This document shows, one piece after another, positions 1 through 9,597 of a stretch of DNA of 64,000 nucleotides (positions are counted from its first letter, which is position 1; each line of letters opens with the position of its first letter). This stretch comes from Candidatus Zambryskibacteria bacterium RIFCSPLOWO2_02_FULL_51_21 (GTDB taxonomy: Bacteria; Patescibacteriota; Minisyncoccia; Phycocordibacterales; Zambryskibacteraceae), in NCBI GenBank assembly GCA_001824255.1, contig MHWQ01000002.1, positions 393,572 to 457,571 of the forward strand, given 5' to 3'. The notes beneath the pieces are model-generated. The model saw only the letters and a program-made list of their open reading frames with translations. It searched no databases and had not been told where the DNA came from. The position numbers were made by a program, and so were the translations under genes.

Positions 1-292
1 CGTAACAAGCCTGTACTCCAGGAAGATAAGACCCCAAATGCCATACAGACGGTATTCCAGCCATGTAATTCGAGTACTCAAAAGTGGAGTACGGCGAATA
101 GGTGATAAAACCAGACACAATCGCGGGCCCACCGAGGAAAAGGGGGGTAAACCACACCGCCAAATTGCCAGAGCAAGTGCACGGCACGCTAAAGGTGGAG
201 AGTCCTCCGAACGGCATTGTTACCGCTTTTGCGGAAGAAATCGGGAATAAAAGGAGGAGGAAGAACAAGAGAGACAAGGAAGCTGCTTTCAT
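1..292 (-). CDS. Partial CDS: secreted protein with N-terminal signal peptide (MKAASLSLLFFLLLLFPISSAKA...). C-terminus lies beyond the window start.
   Basis: Reverse-complement translation from ATG at 292..290 reads an open frame to the window edge. It has a hydrophobic signal-peptide-like N-terminus followed by a Cys-containing segment (VPCTCSGN). It is absent from the ORF track because no stop falls inside the window. Confidence 0.35.
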   Translation of the reverse strand, partial: MKAASLSLLFFLLLLFPISSAKAVTMPFGGLSTFSVPCTCSGNLAVWFTPLFLGGPAIVSGFITYSPYSTFEYSNYMAGIPSVWHLGSYLPGVQACY

Positions 293-337
293 ATTCCTAT
301 TATACACAATAAACCCCGTATTTATCTGATACAATTA

Positions 338-1114
338 ATGATTATGAGAGCTAAAATATTATCTGCTCTTTTTCTCTCCTTGATTATGATAGGGGCGGCA
401 TTTTGGTCCAGATTTTTCGACAACAAACCGGCCGCCGGTCTCGCCACTGTTTCAAGTCCAAGCATCACACCAATGAACGATGAGGCTTTTTTGAGTGCCA
501 ATTTCACCGACTCGAGCAGCACTCCGCTCTCGACTACGGATATGCTGTCCAGACAACTTTTTTCCGATTATGCCGACCTTAAGTCCAAAGGCGAAACTTC
601 TTCCGAAAATCTCAATTATCTGGCGGAAAGATATGCGGAAGGCATTATGAACATCAGACCGGCTGCCTCAAAGGTCACTGCCATCGAACAGCTTACGATT
701 ATTCCGGATTCGGCAGAAAACACTTTCAACTACGGCAAGAGTATGATTGCCGCCCGCAGCAAATATGCCGCCTTGGCCAAAGAGGAGAGCGAAGGCGCGG
801 GCGATCTGAATCAAGAAGGTTTCGGCGACTTCATCACGCGAGCCGGAAATTTATACCTCGCTTCGGCGAATGAGCTGTTGAAAATAAAAGTACCCGCATC
901 ACTCGCTAGAAATCACCTGGAGATTATCAATGACTATTTCCAAACCGCCGAAGCCATGAGAACCATCGCGGAATCTTCCGACGACCCGGTAAAAATTTAT
1001 GCCGCCATCCAGACGCAAATCCGGAATGCAAAAAAAGAAGATGAATTGTTCTTAAACATCCAAATCGCCATGTCAGCCGGTGGTATAATTTGGTCAGGCA
1101 ACCTGAATCAATGA
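338..1114 (+). CDS. Hypothetical membrane-anchored protein (N-terminal TM helix, helical extracytoplasmic domain). First gene of the coupled operon.
   Basis: 258-aa ORF with hydrophobic N-terminus ILSALFLSLIMIGAAFW. Its stop overlaps the next start (ATGA at 1111-1114). Confidence 0.5.
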   Translation: MIMRAKILSALFLSLIMIGAAFWSRFFDNKPAAGLATVSSPSITPMNDEAFLSANFTDSSSTPLSTTDMLSRQLFSDYADLKSKGETSSENLNYLAERYAEGIMNIRPAASKVTAIEQLTIIPDSAENTFNYGKSMIAARSKYAALAKEESEGAGDLNQEGFGDFITRAGNLYLASANELLKIKVPASLARNHLEIINDYFQTAEAMRTIAESSDDPVKIYAAIQTQIRNAKKEDELFLNIQIAMSAGGIIWSGNLNQ

Positions 1115-3669
1115 GTTATAAAAAATTTACAGTCCTTATTCTCGCCCTCTCGATATCTTTTCTATCTTTTGCTCCGGTAGTCCGGGCCCAAACCGCGGTA
1201 CCGGTAAGCGACAGCGCCATAAGACAGAAGGAGGTCGGCATTACCGTATTTGGCGTTACCGTTCCCGGCCTAAGTTGGGACTCCATCGCGCTAACGATAG
1301 CAAAATCTACGATTAGCAGGCTCGTAAATTCCACAGTCAAATGGATTAACAACGGCTTCGACGGCAACCCGGCCTACGTAAACAATCCCAAACAATATTT
1401 TACGGATATCGCCGATGGAGAAGCGGGGGAGTTTATCAGAGGAAGCGAGCTCGGCTTGCTCTGTTCGCCATTTCAGGCCAATATCCGGCTTTCTTTGATG
1501 CAGGAATATTACGAGCCCCTGCCTTATCAATGCACCTTGAGCGAAGTTACAAGTAATATTGAAGGATTCTTTGACGATTTCTCGCAAGGTGGCTGGGATG
1601 CATGGTTCTCGATGACGCAGAACCCGACCAATAATCCTTACGGAGCATATCTCAAGGCGAGAATTGACATGGATAGTCGCATCGCAAACGCAATCGGACT
1701 CAAAAATCAGCAATTAGATCGAGGCAGGGGCTTTCTCTCGTTTGAAAAATGCCCATCAGGTTCCTTCGAGGGTACCGATGAGGAGCTCAATAAAGGATGC
1801 TTCAAGACCGGCACTTGGGAAAAGGTGGATGCGACAGTGGTTACGCCGGGAAGCGTGATAGAAACCCAGCTTTCCACCGTATTGGGTACCGGCATAAGAC
1901 AGCTCGAGCTCGCGGACGAGTTCGATGAAATCGTGGGCGCTTTAGTAACCCAATTACTTCAAAAAGTTCTCGGCGGCGGCGGGCTGGCAAGCGGAGCAGG
2001 TACGGGTGATACAGAAAGACCCCCGGGTCAGGAAAGAAGGCCTGTGCCAGTTGATATTGATGGCGACGGCATCATTGACGGCACGGATACTGATGGGAAT
2101 GGGAGCCCTGATATATGTCTCTTCGGCGGTGAAAACGATACGATAGGCCCACCATGTTTAGGCTCGGGAGAATTTGGACCACCGGAAGGCGGTGGAGGAG
2201 GTGACACTTGCTCCGTGAGCGGCCAGCAATACGAAGGCGTGTTAAGGGACGCCGAAGCGCAGGTGGCAAGCGTCAATCCCGAAGTGGCGAGCTTGCTCAA
2301 TCTTGAAGACGCCAATGGCTACAAGGCCAATAGTAAAAGGTTCTTGGATGTGGTAGTGCAAATTCTCGAGGGCCAGGGCTACAATGCCACCACCGATGTT
2401 CTGAACGGACACAATAATCCAAATACGGGCGACGCCATCGCCATCTGGAGAGACGGCGATAGCAATATGGAGCGCTACGACGCCATGCTTGGAGGGAACG
2501 GCAAACCGGTGTCCCAATCGGCTATTGCCGAATTCACGGGCTTCGTGCCTCTGGGCTGCACCACTTCCGGCGGGAGCAAGGAGTGCGGCTGCGACAACGG
2601 TTTGAATAATCCAAGCCCGAGCCCGTCGCCTTCGCCATCTCCCACACCCGCGCCAGTGCCGGGCGGAGCAAGCATTTCTTCCGTCACGCCAAATGTCGCC
2701 CAAGCCGGAGTGACGACCATTACCATCACCGGCACGAATCTCACTAATCAAGTCTCCTTCTATGACGGTACTGGGGCACGCAATACTGTTGTCGGCACCG
2801 TCAACTCCGCCGGAACTCAAACCACGGTCCTTGTCCCGGGCGATTTGCCTATTGGCAATGCCACGGTCAAGATTTACCAAGGCAATCAAGTCTGGTCGAA
2901 CGGCATCTTGATACAAATCAGTAGCCAGGCGGCGCCGGTAACCACCATTCCCACGACGGGGAGTATTGACCTCGGAGCCGGGACCTTCCCGGATACCGCA
3001 TACTTCAACAACAGAATCTATGTCGCTGTCCAGCAGAATGACAAACTTAATCTCTATAACTTCGACAAGAATCTCTCTGACCAGAAAGTAACCGTGATTC
3101 CGTTCTCCGTTGGCCAGGCTTTCCCGCGGCTTATGGTCTGGAATAATATCCTGTGGCTTGCTTTCAGAAATGGCGATAACTCAAGTGGCATAGCGGAATC
3201 AATCAAACTCTGGAGAAGCGACACGCAGGCGATAGAGGAGATTGCCGGCGGCTATGGCAACGACCCGGTCGCTCTCGGCCAGGGTTACATCGCCTGGCAA
3301 ACATTTACAGAACTTAAAATCAAGAGGAGACCTGTTTCCGGCGGAACAATTACGACGCTTGGCAACGCGCTCCCTACCGGTCTCTCGAGAATCTTAGCTG
3401 GTGGAAGCGTCATTTCCATAGACCAGGATAGAAACGCGGTGACATGGGGTTTGCGAGCCTGGTTCGCCGGCGACCTCACAGTGGCCGAAGATATCACTCC
3501 CCATGATGATAATGGGGCGGTCGGAAGATTCAATAATGATTCTTCGACCGAATTCAATCTCTGGGCGGGCCAGAGAACGCATACGCCACACGCGGCAACT
3601 GATGGGCTAGGCAATTACGTAGTCGCGACCTGGGACCCGACGGTGAGGGTGGCCACATTCAAGAAATGA
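1111..3669 (+). CDS. Large secreted protein with signal peptide, Asp/Gly-rich calcium-binding-like repeats, a Pro/Ser linker and an IPT/TIG-like beta-sandwich segment. Putative surface or adhesin protein.
   Basis: MSYKKFTVLILALSISFLSFAPVVRA-QT signal peptide. DIDGDGIIDGTDTDGNGSPD repeat. PSPSPSPSPSPTPAPVP linker followed by ISSVTPNVAQAGVTTITITGTNLTN (IPT/TIG-like). Start chosen at the internal Met so that it overlaps the upstream stop (ATGA). Confidence 0.55.
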   Translation: MSYKKFTVLILALSISFLSFAPVVRAQTAVPVSDSAIRQKEVGITVFGVTVPGLSWDSIALTIAKSTISRLVNSTVKWINNGFDGNPAYVNNPKQYFTDIADGEAGEFIRGSELGLLCSPFQANIRLSLMQEYYEPLPYQCTLSEVTSNIEGFFDDFSQGGWDAWFSMTQNPTNNPYGAYLKARIDMDSRIANAIGLKNQQLDRGRGFLSFEKCPSGSFEGTDEELNKGCFKTGTWEKVDATVVTPGSVIETQLSTVLGTGIRQLELADEFDEIVGALVTQLLQKVLGGGGLASGAGTGDTERPPGQERRPVPVDIDGDGIIDGTDTDGNGSPDICLFGGENDTIGPPCLGSGEFGPPEGGGGGDTCSVSGQQYEGVLRDAEAQVASVNPEVASLLNLEDANGYKANSKRFLDVVVQILEGQGYNATTDVLNGHNNPNTGDAIAIWRDGDSNMERYDAMLGGNGKPVSQSAIAEFTGFVPLGCTTSGGSKECGCDNGLNNPSPSPSPSPSPTPAPVPGGASISSVTPNVAQAGVTTITITGTNLTNQVSFYDGTGARNTVVGTVNSAGTQTTVLVPGDLPIGNATVKIYQGNQVWSNGILIQISSQAAPVTTIPTTGSIDLGAGTFPDTAYFNNRIYVAVQQNDKLNLYNFDKNLSDQKVTVIPFSVGQAFPRLMVWNNILWLAFRNGDNSSGIAESIKLWRSDTQAIEEIAGGYGNDPVALGQGYIAWQTFTELKIKRRPVSGGTITTLGNALPTGLSRILAGGSVISIDQDRNAVTWGLRAWFAGDLTVAEDITPHDDNGAVGRFNNDSSTEFNLWAGQRTHTPHAATDGLGNYVVATWDPTVRVATFKK

Positions 3670-5786
3670 ATCCTTACTTCAAAAAATTAACAGTTTTCCT
3701 TCTTGTACTTAGCTTTGTGTTCGGAGTGAGTGGAATCGTATCTTCTAAAAAAGCTTCCGCTATTAATACGGTTGAGCAGTGCATGGCGGAAATGCTCGCC
3801 GCGGCCAAACAAGCTGGAAAGAATATGACGGAAGATGAGGCTAGGGCAAATTGTCAGAAACTAATCGATGACGCCGTAAAACAAGCAGGCGGAGGAGGAT
3901 CTTTGTTTGATCTTCTCCAGCCCGCGGAATGGGTTGCTAAGGCCGCCGGGGCACTGGCTTCCGGAATACTGCTGCCCTTGGCCGGCTGGCTTACCTGGTT
4001 TAGCGGCATGCTCCTCAACTATGTAATCAAATACACAGTCGTGGACATGAAAGCCAACCTGGACGTTGATGCAGTAAATAATATATGGAAAACAATTCGT
4101 GACCTTGGCAACATGGGGTTCATCTTCGTTCTTCTCTACGCCGCTATTCAAACCATATTGGGTATTGGTAAAAATACTAAAGATTTGATTGTGCGAGTAG
4201 TGGTAGTAGCGATTTTAATAAACTTCAGCTTATTCTTTACGAAATTTGTCATAGACATTGCTAATGTCTTGGCCATTACTCTATATGACGCGGCCGCGCA
4301 CGGGGCATTGGCTGATAATCTCAATAGCGGCCTGGCTAATAGTCTTATGGAGCCGTTGGGGCTCCAATCGATTTGGAACGCCCAAGGAAGCTTAACCGGT
4401 TACACACTTCTCATAGCAGGCGTCATGGGCACGGTTGTGTCTCTTATAGCGGCATTCGTCTTCTTCGCCATCTCCATACTCTTCGTCATCAGATTCGTGG
4501 TTCTCCTCTTCGTACTGGCGCTTTCGCCAATCGCGTTCCTATCATTTGTCCTGCCGGAACTCAAGAAGTACCGCGACCAATGGTGGGGAGCGCTCTCCGG
4601 ACAAGCATTCTTCGCTCCGATTTATTTCCTGCTTACCTGGATTGTCATAGCCATCGCAAGAGGCATCCTAATGCCGCTTAGACCCGGCAGTATGGCAGAC
4701 GTTATCGCGGCGCAAGCGGGAAAGAGTGTGCCTGACCCGAGTTCGGTGGGAATCTTCGTGAACTACGCGATGGTCATAACTCTGCTGATTGCCTCTCTCG
4801 TCATCGCCAAGGAATGGGCCAACAAAGCCGGCGGCGGCATCAACAAACTCACAGGGTGGGCAACTGGCTTCGCCGGGGGAGCGACACTGGGGGCCGCTGG
4901 CAGATTTGGGAGAGGCACTGTGGGTAGAGCAGGTAGTTTATTAACTGAAAACGAGTGGCTTAAAGAAAAGGCGCCGACAAGCAGGATGGCTCGCCTGGCA
5001 CTTGCTACGGGCAAGAAGACTGCTGGGGCAAGCTTCGACCTGCGTGGAACCGGTTTGAGTTCTCAACTGGATGCCGGTAAGGCACAGAAAGGTGGATTTG
5101 CCGCAGATCTTAAGAAAAAAGTTGATACTGAAAAGAAATATGCGGATGAAACCTTCAAGCCATCGGAGTTAATGGTTGCTCAAGCGGAACGAGACCTTGG
5201 CCAAGCCAAAAAGACTGGCACGCCAGCGGACATAGCGGCAGCACAAGCAAAACTGGACAAAATCAATGGAGCCAGCGAAGATACGCTCCGTCAAAGAAAG
5301 ATTAAAGAACTCCGCGCCACAGGAAAGAGTAAAAAGGAGGCAAGAATTCTAGTGGATGAGCAAGAAGATAAATATTTGCAGGAAGTTAACAGACTTACTA
5401 CCAGCGGTATGGGTCAAGAGGACGCCGAGAAAGATGCCCAGAGCAGGGGCTTCGTAACTTTCAAAGCAATCGAGGGTCTGACTAATACCAGAAAAGGAGC
5501 TTACGCCAAGACTGTCGAGGAACAGAAGGTAAAGATACCATTCACACAAAAAGCTATTCCATTTGCTATCACCGGCCGACTCGGAATGTTTGGCCCCGTG
5601 AAGAAAGAAAACAAACTGGCTGCAAATGCCATTAGAAAAAGTATGAAAGAAAAGAAGCCTGGAGAAAAAATTGCAGAGGAGATAGAGAAGCAAGCCAGAG
5701 AATCAAGTGATGAGTCTGGGGCAACGCCCACACCCCCCACCACACCAACAACTCCTCCACCAGCCGCAGGCCCAACAACACCATGA
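3666..5786 (+). CDS. Polytopic inner-membrane protein (at least 6 TM helices) with a long K/E-rich coiled-coil C-terminal tail ending in a Pro/Thr-rich segment. VirB6/TrbL-like putative T4SS channel component.
   Basis: Signal or anchor MNPYFKKLTVFLLVLSFVFGVSG. Multiple long hydrophobic stretches, e.g. LLIAGVMGTVVSLIAAFVFFAISILFVIRFVVLLFVLALSPIAFLSFVL. C-terminal TPTPPTTPTTPPPAAGPTTP. Translationally coupled (ATGA) to both neighbours. Confidence 0.45.
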   Translation: MNPYFKKLTVFLLVLSFVFGVSGIVSSKKASAINTVEQCMAEMLAAAKQAGKNMTEDEARANCQKLIDDAVKQAGGGGSLFDLLQPAEWVAKAAGALASGILLPLAGWLTWFSGMLLNYVIKYTVVDMKANLDVDAVNNIWKTIRDLGNMGFIFVLLYAAIQTILGIGKNTKDLIVRVVVVAILINFSLFFTKFVIDIANVLAITLYDAAAHGALADNLNSGLANSLMEPLGLQSIWNAQGSLTGYTLLIAGVMGTVVSLIAAFVFFAISILFVIRFVVLLFVLALSPIAFLSFVLPELKKYRDQWWGALSGQAFFAPIYFLLTWIVIAIARGILMPLRPGSMADVIAAQAGKSVPDPSSVGIFVNYAMVITLLIASLVIAKEWANKAGGGINKLTGWATGFAGGATLGAAGRFGRGTVGRAGSLLTENEWLKEKAPTSRMARLALATGKKTAGASFDLRGTGLSSQLDAGKAQKGGFAADLKKKVDTEKKYADETFKPSELMVAQAERDLGQAKKTGTPADIAAAQAKLDKINGASEDTLRQRKIKELRATGKSKKEARILVDEQEDKYLQEVNRLTTSGMGQEDAEKDAQSRGFVTFKAIEGLTNTRKGAYAKTVEEQKVKIPFTQKAIPFAITGRLGMFGPVKKENKLAANAIRKSMKEKKPGEKIAEEIEKQARESSDESGATPTPPTTPTTPPPAAGPTTP

Positions 5787-6319
5787 ACGAGCAAGATAAA
5801 TTAATTCAAGAACAGTTCCAAAAGCTCCCGCTAGCGCTGCAGAAGGCGCTCGGAGAGATTCCGTGGAAATCTTTAGTCAATGAAATTGCGCGGCTGCACA
5901 ATTTGAAGCCGGAACAGGTGGAGAGCATCGAGACAGAGACGATGTTTATCCTCTACGGCTTCGAGAGTCCGGACGATTACGTCTCCAATATGGTCCGCGA
6001 AACTGGTATTGCCGAAGATTTGGCGTATGTCATCGCAAACGAAGTAAACGAGAAAATTTTCAAGCCTGTTTCTGTGAAAGTTGAGGAGGCAGGCAAACAA
6101 CAACCAACCTCAACTTCCATTCCCGAACTCAAACCAGAGAATCTGCCGATGGTTGAGAAAGGGGAGATGGTACATGAGGTGCCACACGTAGAAGCACCAA
6201 ATCCCAAATCACAAATTCCAAACAATATCGAAATTCCAAAAGAAGAAAAACCTCCTATCCAACCAGCTAAAAGCGCTTATGTGGGCAGCCAGGACCCTTA
6301 TAGAGAACCACTATCATGA
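5783..6319 (+). CDS. Hypothetical acidic soluble protein inside the T4SS-like operon.
   Basis: 178-aa ORF with ATGA overlaps on both sides. No TM segment. Glu/Asp-rich. Confidence 0.45.
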   Translation: MNEQDKLIQEQFQKLPLALQKALGEIPWKSLVNEIARLHNLKPEQVESIETETMFILYGFESPDDYVSNMVRETGIAEDLAYVIANEVNEKIFKPVSVKVEEAGKQQPTSTSIPELKPENLPMVEKGEMVHEVPHVEAPNPKSQIPNNIEIPKEEKPPIQPAKSAYVGSQDPYREPLS

Positions 6320-6750
6320 GATTCCAAGTACCACAATTTATCGAGGTTGAGGATAAGATTTTCGGGCCTTTGACCTTCAAGCAGTTCGTCTATGTGGCGG
6401 GCGGGGGAGGCATCATCGTCATTTTCTTCGTCCTCCTGCCCAAGTTCATAGCCATCCTTCTCGCTTTACCGATAGCGGCCTTCGCCGGCGCGCTTGCCTT
6501 CTATAAAGTGAACGACAAGCCCTTCATCAATTTCGTCGAATCGTTCTTCAATTATTCGCTAAAGAGCAAGCTTTATATCTGGAAGAAGGAGGATAAGAAG
6601 CCCGAAGCGGGAACCGCCTCCGCTCCGGGCCAGATTGAGCAGGTTCACGTGCCGAAATTGTCCGAATCGAAGCTCCGCGAGCTTACTTGGTCACTTGATA
6701 TAAAGGAAAATAGGAATCCGGTCACGAACGAGCCGGAAAATAAGTTATAA
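6316..6750 (+). CDS. Small two-TM membrane protein, PrgI/VirB3-like, of the kind that usually precedes VirB4 in Gram-positive-type T4SS.
   Basis: 144 aa. Two hydrophobic helices (GGGGIIVIFFVLLPKFIAILLALPIAAFAGALAF). Located immediately upstream of the VirB4-family ATPase. ATGA overlap with the upstream gene. Confidence 0.45.
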   Translation: MRFQVPQFIEVEDKIFGPLTFKQFVYVAGGGGIIVIFFVLLPKFIAILLALPIAAFAGALAFYKVNDKPFINFVESFFNYSLKSKLYIWKKEDKKPEAGTASAPGQIEQVHVPKLSESKLRELTWSLDIKENRNPVTNEPENKL

Positions 6751-6757
6751 TTAGAGA

Positions 6758-7402
6758 ATGGCTGCCTCTTCCAATGCAACTCAGGAGTTCGTGCCCATCA
6801 AGGAGGTGCGCGACGGCATCGTCATTTTGAAGGATGGCGGCATGCGCGCCATACTCCTCTGTTCCTCGCTTAACTTCTCGCTCAAAAGCGATGACGAAAG
6901 GAACGCCATCCTCCTGCAGTTCCAGGACTTCCTCAATTCACTCGACTTCTCGGTGGAAATATTGGTCCAGTCGAGGAAGCTCGACATCAGGCCATACCTG
7001 GCTCTCCTTGAAGAGCAGGAAACGAAGCAGACCAATAACCTTTTGAAGATTCAGGTCAGGGAATACATCCAGTTCGTGAAGAAGTTTACCGAGGACGCAA
7101 ATATCATGACCAAGCACTTCTTCATCGTCATACCCTACAGCCCGGCAATCATTTCCGCGGGAAGAGCTGGCAGCTTCATCACCAAACTCGGCGTTGGTGC
7201 GAGCGGCAGCCAGAGCAAGACCTCGGGCAATGGCAGCTTCGACGAGAATAGAAGCCAGCTTGAGGAGCGGATGTCAGTGGTCGAACAGGGTTTGGTGCGC
7301 ACGGGCATACGTGTGGCGCGGCTTGGCACGGAGGAAGTAATCGAACTTTTCTACAAGGCCTTCAACCCCGGCGAGACCGAGAAGCCGATTAAAATGAAAT
7401 AA
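6758..7402 (+). CDS. VirB4/TrbE/CagE-family ATPase, N-terminal domain fragment (separate ORF from the ATPase body).
   Basis: FVPIKEVRDGIVILKDGGMRAILLCSSLNFSL...FLNSLDFSVEILVQSRKLDI resembles the conserved N-terminus of Gram-positive VirB4 homologues. Ends at TAA one nucleotide before the ATG of the next ORF, which is in a different frame. Confidence 0.55.
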   Translation: MAASSNATQEFVPIKEVRDGIVILKDGGMRAILLCSSLNFSLKSDDERNAILLQFQDFLNSLDFSVEILVQSRKLDIRPYLALLEEQETKQTNNLLKIQVREYIQFVKKFTEDANIMTKHFFIVIPYSPAIISAGRAGSFITKLGVGASGSQSKTSGNGSFDENRSQLEERMSVVEQGLVRTGIRVARLGTEEVIELFYKAFNPGETEKPIKMK

Positions 7403-7403
7403 C

Positions 7404-9296
7404 ATGGGAATTTTTGATTCACTTTTTAAAAAGGAGGCAAAGCGAGAAGATATTTCCTCAATTTTACCTAAGGAAATCTTCGAAGCGGGCGCCCTGGAGC
7501 TCAAAGACATCATCGCTCCCTCAGCTCTGAAGGTCTCGCCCAAGGAAATAAACTTGGGCGAGAAAATCCTGCGCAGCTTCTTCGTCATCTCCTATCCGCG
7601 CTATCTCGCCGAGGGCTGGTTCTCGCCCATTATCAATATGGACAAGGTTTTCGACGTCTCGATCTTCGTCCACCCGATTGAAACCTCGAAAGTACTTCGC
7701 CAGTTCCAGAGGAAGGTGGCCGAAGTGCAGTCCCAGATTCACACCAGGGAAGAAAAGGGCCTGGTGCGCGACCCCATGCTCGATGTGGCCTATCAGGACC
7801 TCGAGAACTTGCGCGACCAGCTCCAGCAGGCGCAGGAGAAGCTTTTCGATGTCGGGCTATATATCACCATCTACGGCGACAGCGCCGACGAACTCGACAA
7901 GGTTGAGAGCGAGATTAAGTCAATACTTGAGGCCAAACTCATTTATGTGAAGCCGGCCCTCTTCCAGCAGGAAGAGGGCTACAAATCAACCCTGCCTTTA
8001 GGCAATGACGAACTGAACGTCCACTCCAAACTCAATTCTTCCCCGCTCTCCTCGCTGTTTCCATTCACCTCCTTCGACCTTACTTCGGACAAAGGCATTC
8101 TCTACGGCATAAACAGGCACAACTCTTCGCTTATTCTCTTCGACCGCTTCTCGCTTGAGAACTACAACTCGGTCACCTTCGCCAAGGCGGGCGCCGGCAA
8201 GTCCTACGCCACCAAGCTTGAGATTCTCCGCACGCTCATGTTTGATACTGAGGTTATCGTCATCGACCCGGAGAAAGAGTACGAGTACATGGCCGAGGCG
8301 ACAGGCGGGCGCTACTTCAACATTTCCCTCAATTCCGAACACCACATCAATCCCTTCGACCTGCCCGTGCCGGGACCGGACGAGAGCGCCGCAAACGTCT
8401 TGCGCTCCACCATCATCAACCTGGTGGGCCTCTTCCGCCTCATGATGGGCGGCCTCACCGCCGAGGAAGACGCCATCATCGACCGCGCCATTACCGAAAC
8501 GTATGCGCTCAAAGACATTACTGCCGATTCCGACTTTAGAAACATCGAGCCACCCTTGATGTCTGACTTCGAGCTGGTGCTCTCCGGCATGGAAGGAGGA
8601 GAATCTCTGGCCCAGCGTCTGTCCAAGTACACCAAGGGCACTTGGGCGGGCTTCATCAACAGGCCTTCAAATGTGGATATCAACAGAAAGTTCGTGGTCT
8701 TCTCGCTCCGCGACATGGAAGATGAGCTTAAGCCCATAGCCATGTACATCGTCACGCACTATATCTGGAACACCATCAGAAAAGAGCTTAAGAAGCGCCT
8801 GCTCGTAATCGACGAGGCCTGGTGGATGATGAAGTCCGACGACACCGCCTCTTTCCTCATGGGTCTCGTCAAGAGAGGTAGGAAATATTACCTGGGTGTT
8901 GCCACTGTTACTCAAGATGTAGGCGACTTCCTCAAATCGCCTTACGGCGTGCCTATCATCACCAACTCCTCAATCCAGATGCTTTTGAAGCAGTCACCAG
9001 CAACGATTGACGAACTGCAAAAAACTTTCAATCTTACCGACGAGGAGAAATATCTTCTTTTGGAATCAGATGTTGGAGAAGGAATCTTCTTCGCCGGACT
9101 CAAACATGTGGCTATAAAGAATATTGCTTCGTACACAGAGCATCAAATTATCACCTCCGACCCAGGTCAGATCCTGGCCATAAAGAAGGCAAAGCAAGAC
9201 GCGGCCGAAGACCAGGATGAAGCGCTCATGGCCCAGCGGGAGAAACTGAAGCAGGCCGCCTTAAATCCAAATGCCGGAGAAAAAGGGACTCAGTAG
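7404..9296 (+). CDS. VirB4/TrbE/CagE-family T4SS ATPase (central and C-terminal ATPase domains).
   Basis: Walker A FAKAGAGKSYATK. VIVIDPEKEYEYMAEATGGRYFNISL. Walker B-like LLVIDEAWWMM. Overall VirB4 domain order. Confidence 0.8.
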   Translation: MGIFDSLFKKEAKREDISSILPKEIFEAGALELKDIIAPSALKVSPKEINLGEKILRSFFVISYPRYLAEGWFSPIINMDKVFDVSIFVHPIETSKVLRQFQRKVAEVQSQIHTREEKGLVRDPMLDVAYQDLENLRDQLQQAQEKLFDVGLYITIYGDSADELDKVESEIKSILEAKLIYVKPALFQQEEGYKSTLPLGNDELNVHSKLNSSPLSSLFPFTSFDLTSDKGILYGINRHNSSLILFDRFSLENYNSVTFAKAGAGKSYATKLEILRTLMFDTEVIVIDPEKEYEYMAEATGGRYFNISLNSEHHINPFDLPVPGPDESAANVLRSTIINLVGLFRLMMGGLTAEEDAIIDRAITETYALKDITADSDFRNIEPPLMSDFELVLSGMEGGESLAQRLSKYTKGTWAGFINRPSNVDINRKFVVFSLRDMEDELKPIAMYIVTHYIWNTIRKELKKRLLVIDEAWWMMKSDDTASFLMGLVKRGRKYYLGVATVTQDVGDFLKSPYGVPIITNSSIQMLLKQSPATIDELQKTFNLTDEEKYLLLESDVGEGIFFAGLKHVAIKNIASYTEHQIITSDPGQILAIKKAKQDAAEDQDEALMAQREKLKQAALNPNAGEKGTQ

Positions 9297-9597
9297 TGCA
9301 ACAATCGGTTTGATGACAGGCGTTGCCTTGTTTTATGACGTGCTTCAAATACTTTTTTCCTGGATGGGGCTCGGGTGGTTCATTATTCCCATTGCGTACG
9401 GCCATTTCTGGCTCTGGTTCAGAATGCGGGGATTGAAGTTTTTTACAACAAAGAGAGCCGTCTGGTTCGGCTTCGGCGTTCCGCTTGAAGCACTTACTGC
9501 CGGCATTTTCCCCAGTATAACCGGCAATGTCTTGCGGTCCGCGATGGATTATAAAATCGAGAAGACTCTCCCGACATCGGGTATAATAAAATCATGA
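9271..9597 (+). CDS. Small hydrophobic membrane protein in the T4SS-like operon.
   Basis: 108 aa with 2-3 hydrophobic helices rich in W/F (GLGWFIIPIAYGHFWLWF). Overlaps the VirB4 stop. Confidence 0.4.
   Translation: MPEKKGLSSATIGLMTGVALFYDVLQILFSWMGLGWFIIPIAYGHFWLWFRMRGLKFFTTKRAVWFGFGVPLEALTAGIFPSITGNVLRSAMDYKIEKTLPTSGIIKS

Noticed and set aside
2620-2660. CCAAGCCCGAGCCCGTCGCCTTCGCCATCTCCC tandem-like repeat (possible CRISPR or tandem repeat)
   Set aside because: It is the codon-level repeat encoding the PSPSPSPSPSP linker inside a continuous ORF. There are no spacers and no repeat-spacer periodicity. No CRISPR array is present anywhere in the window.
2242-2916. 224-aa and 89-aa minus-strand ORFs inside the large secreted-protein gene
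   Set aside because: They are antisense to a gene with a coherent signal-peptide/domain structure. Their translations are Gly/Arg-rich low complexity.
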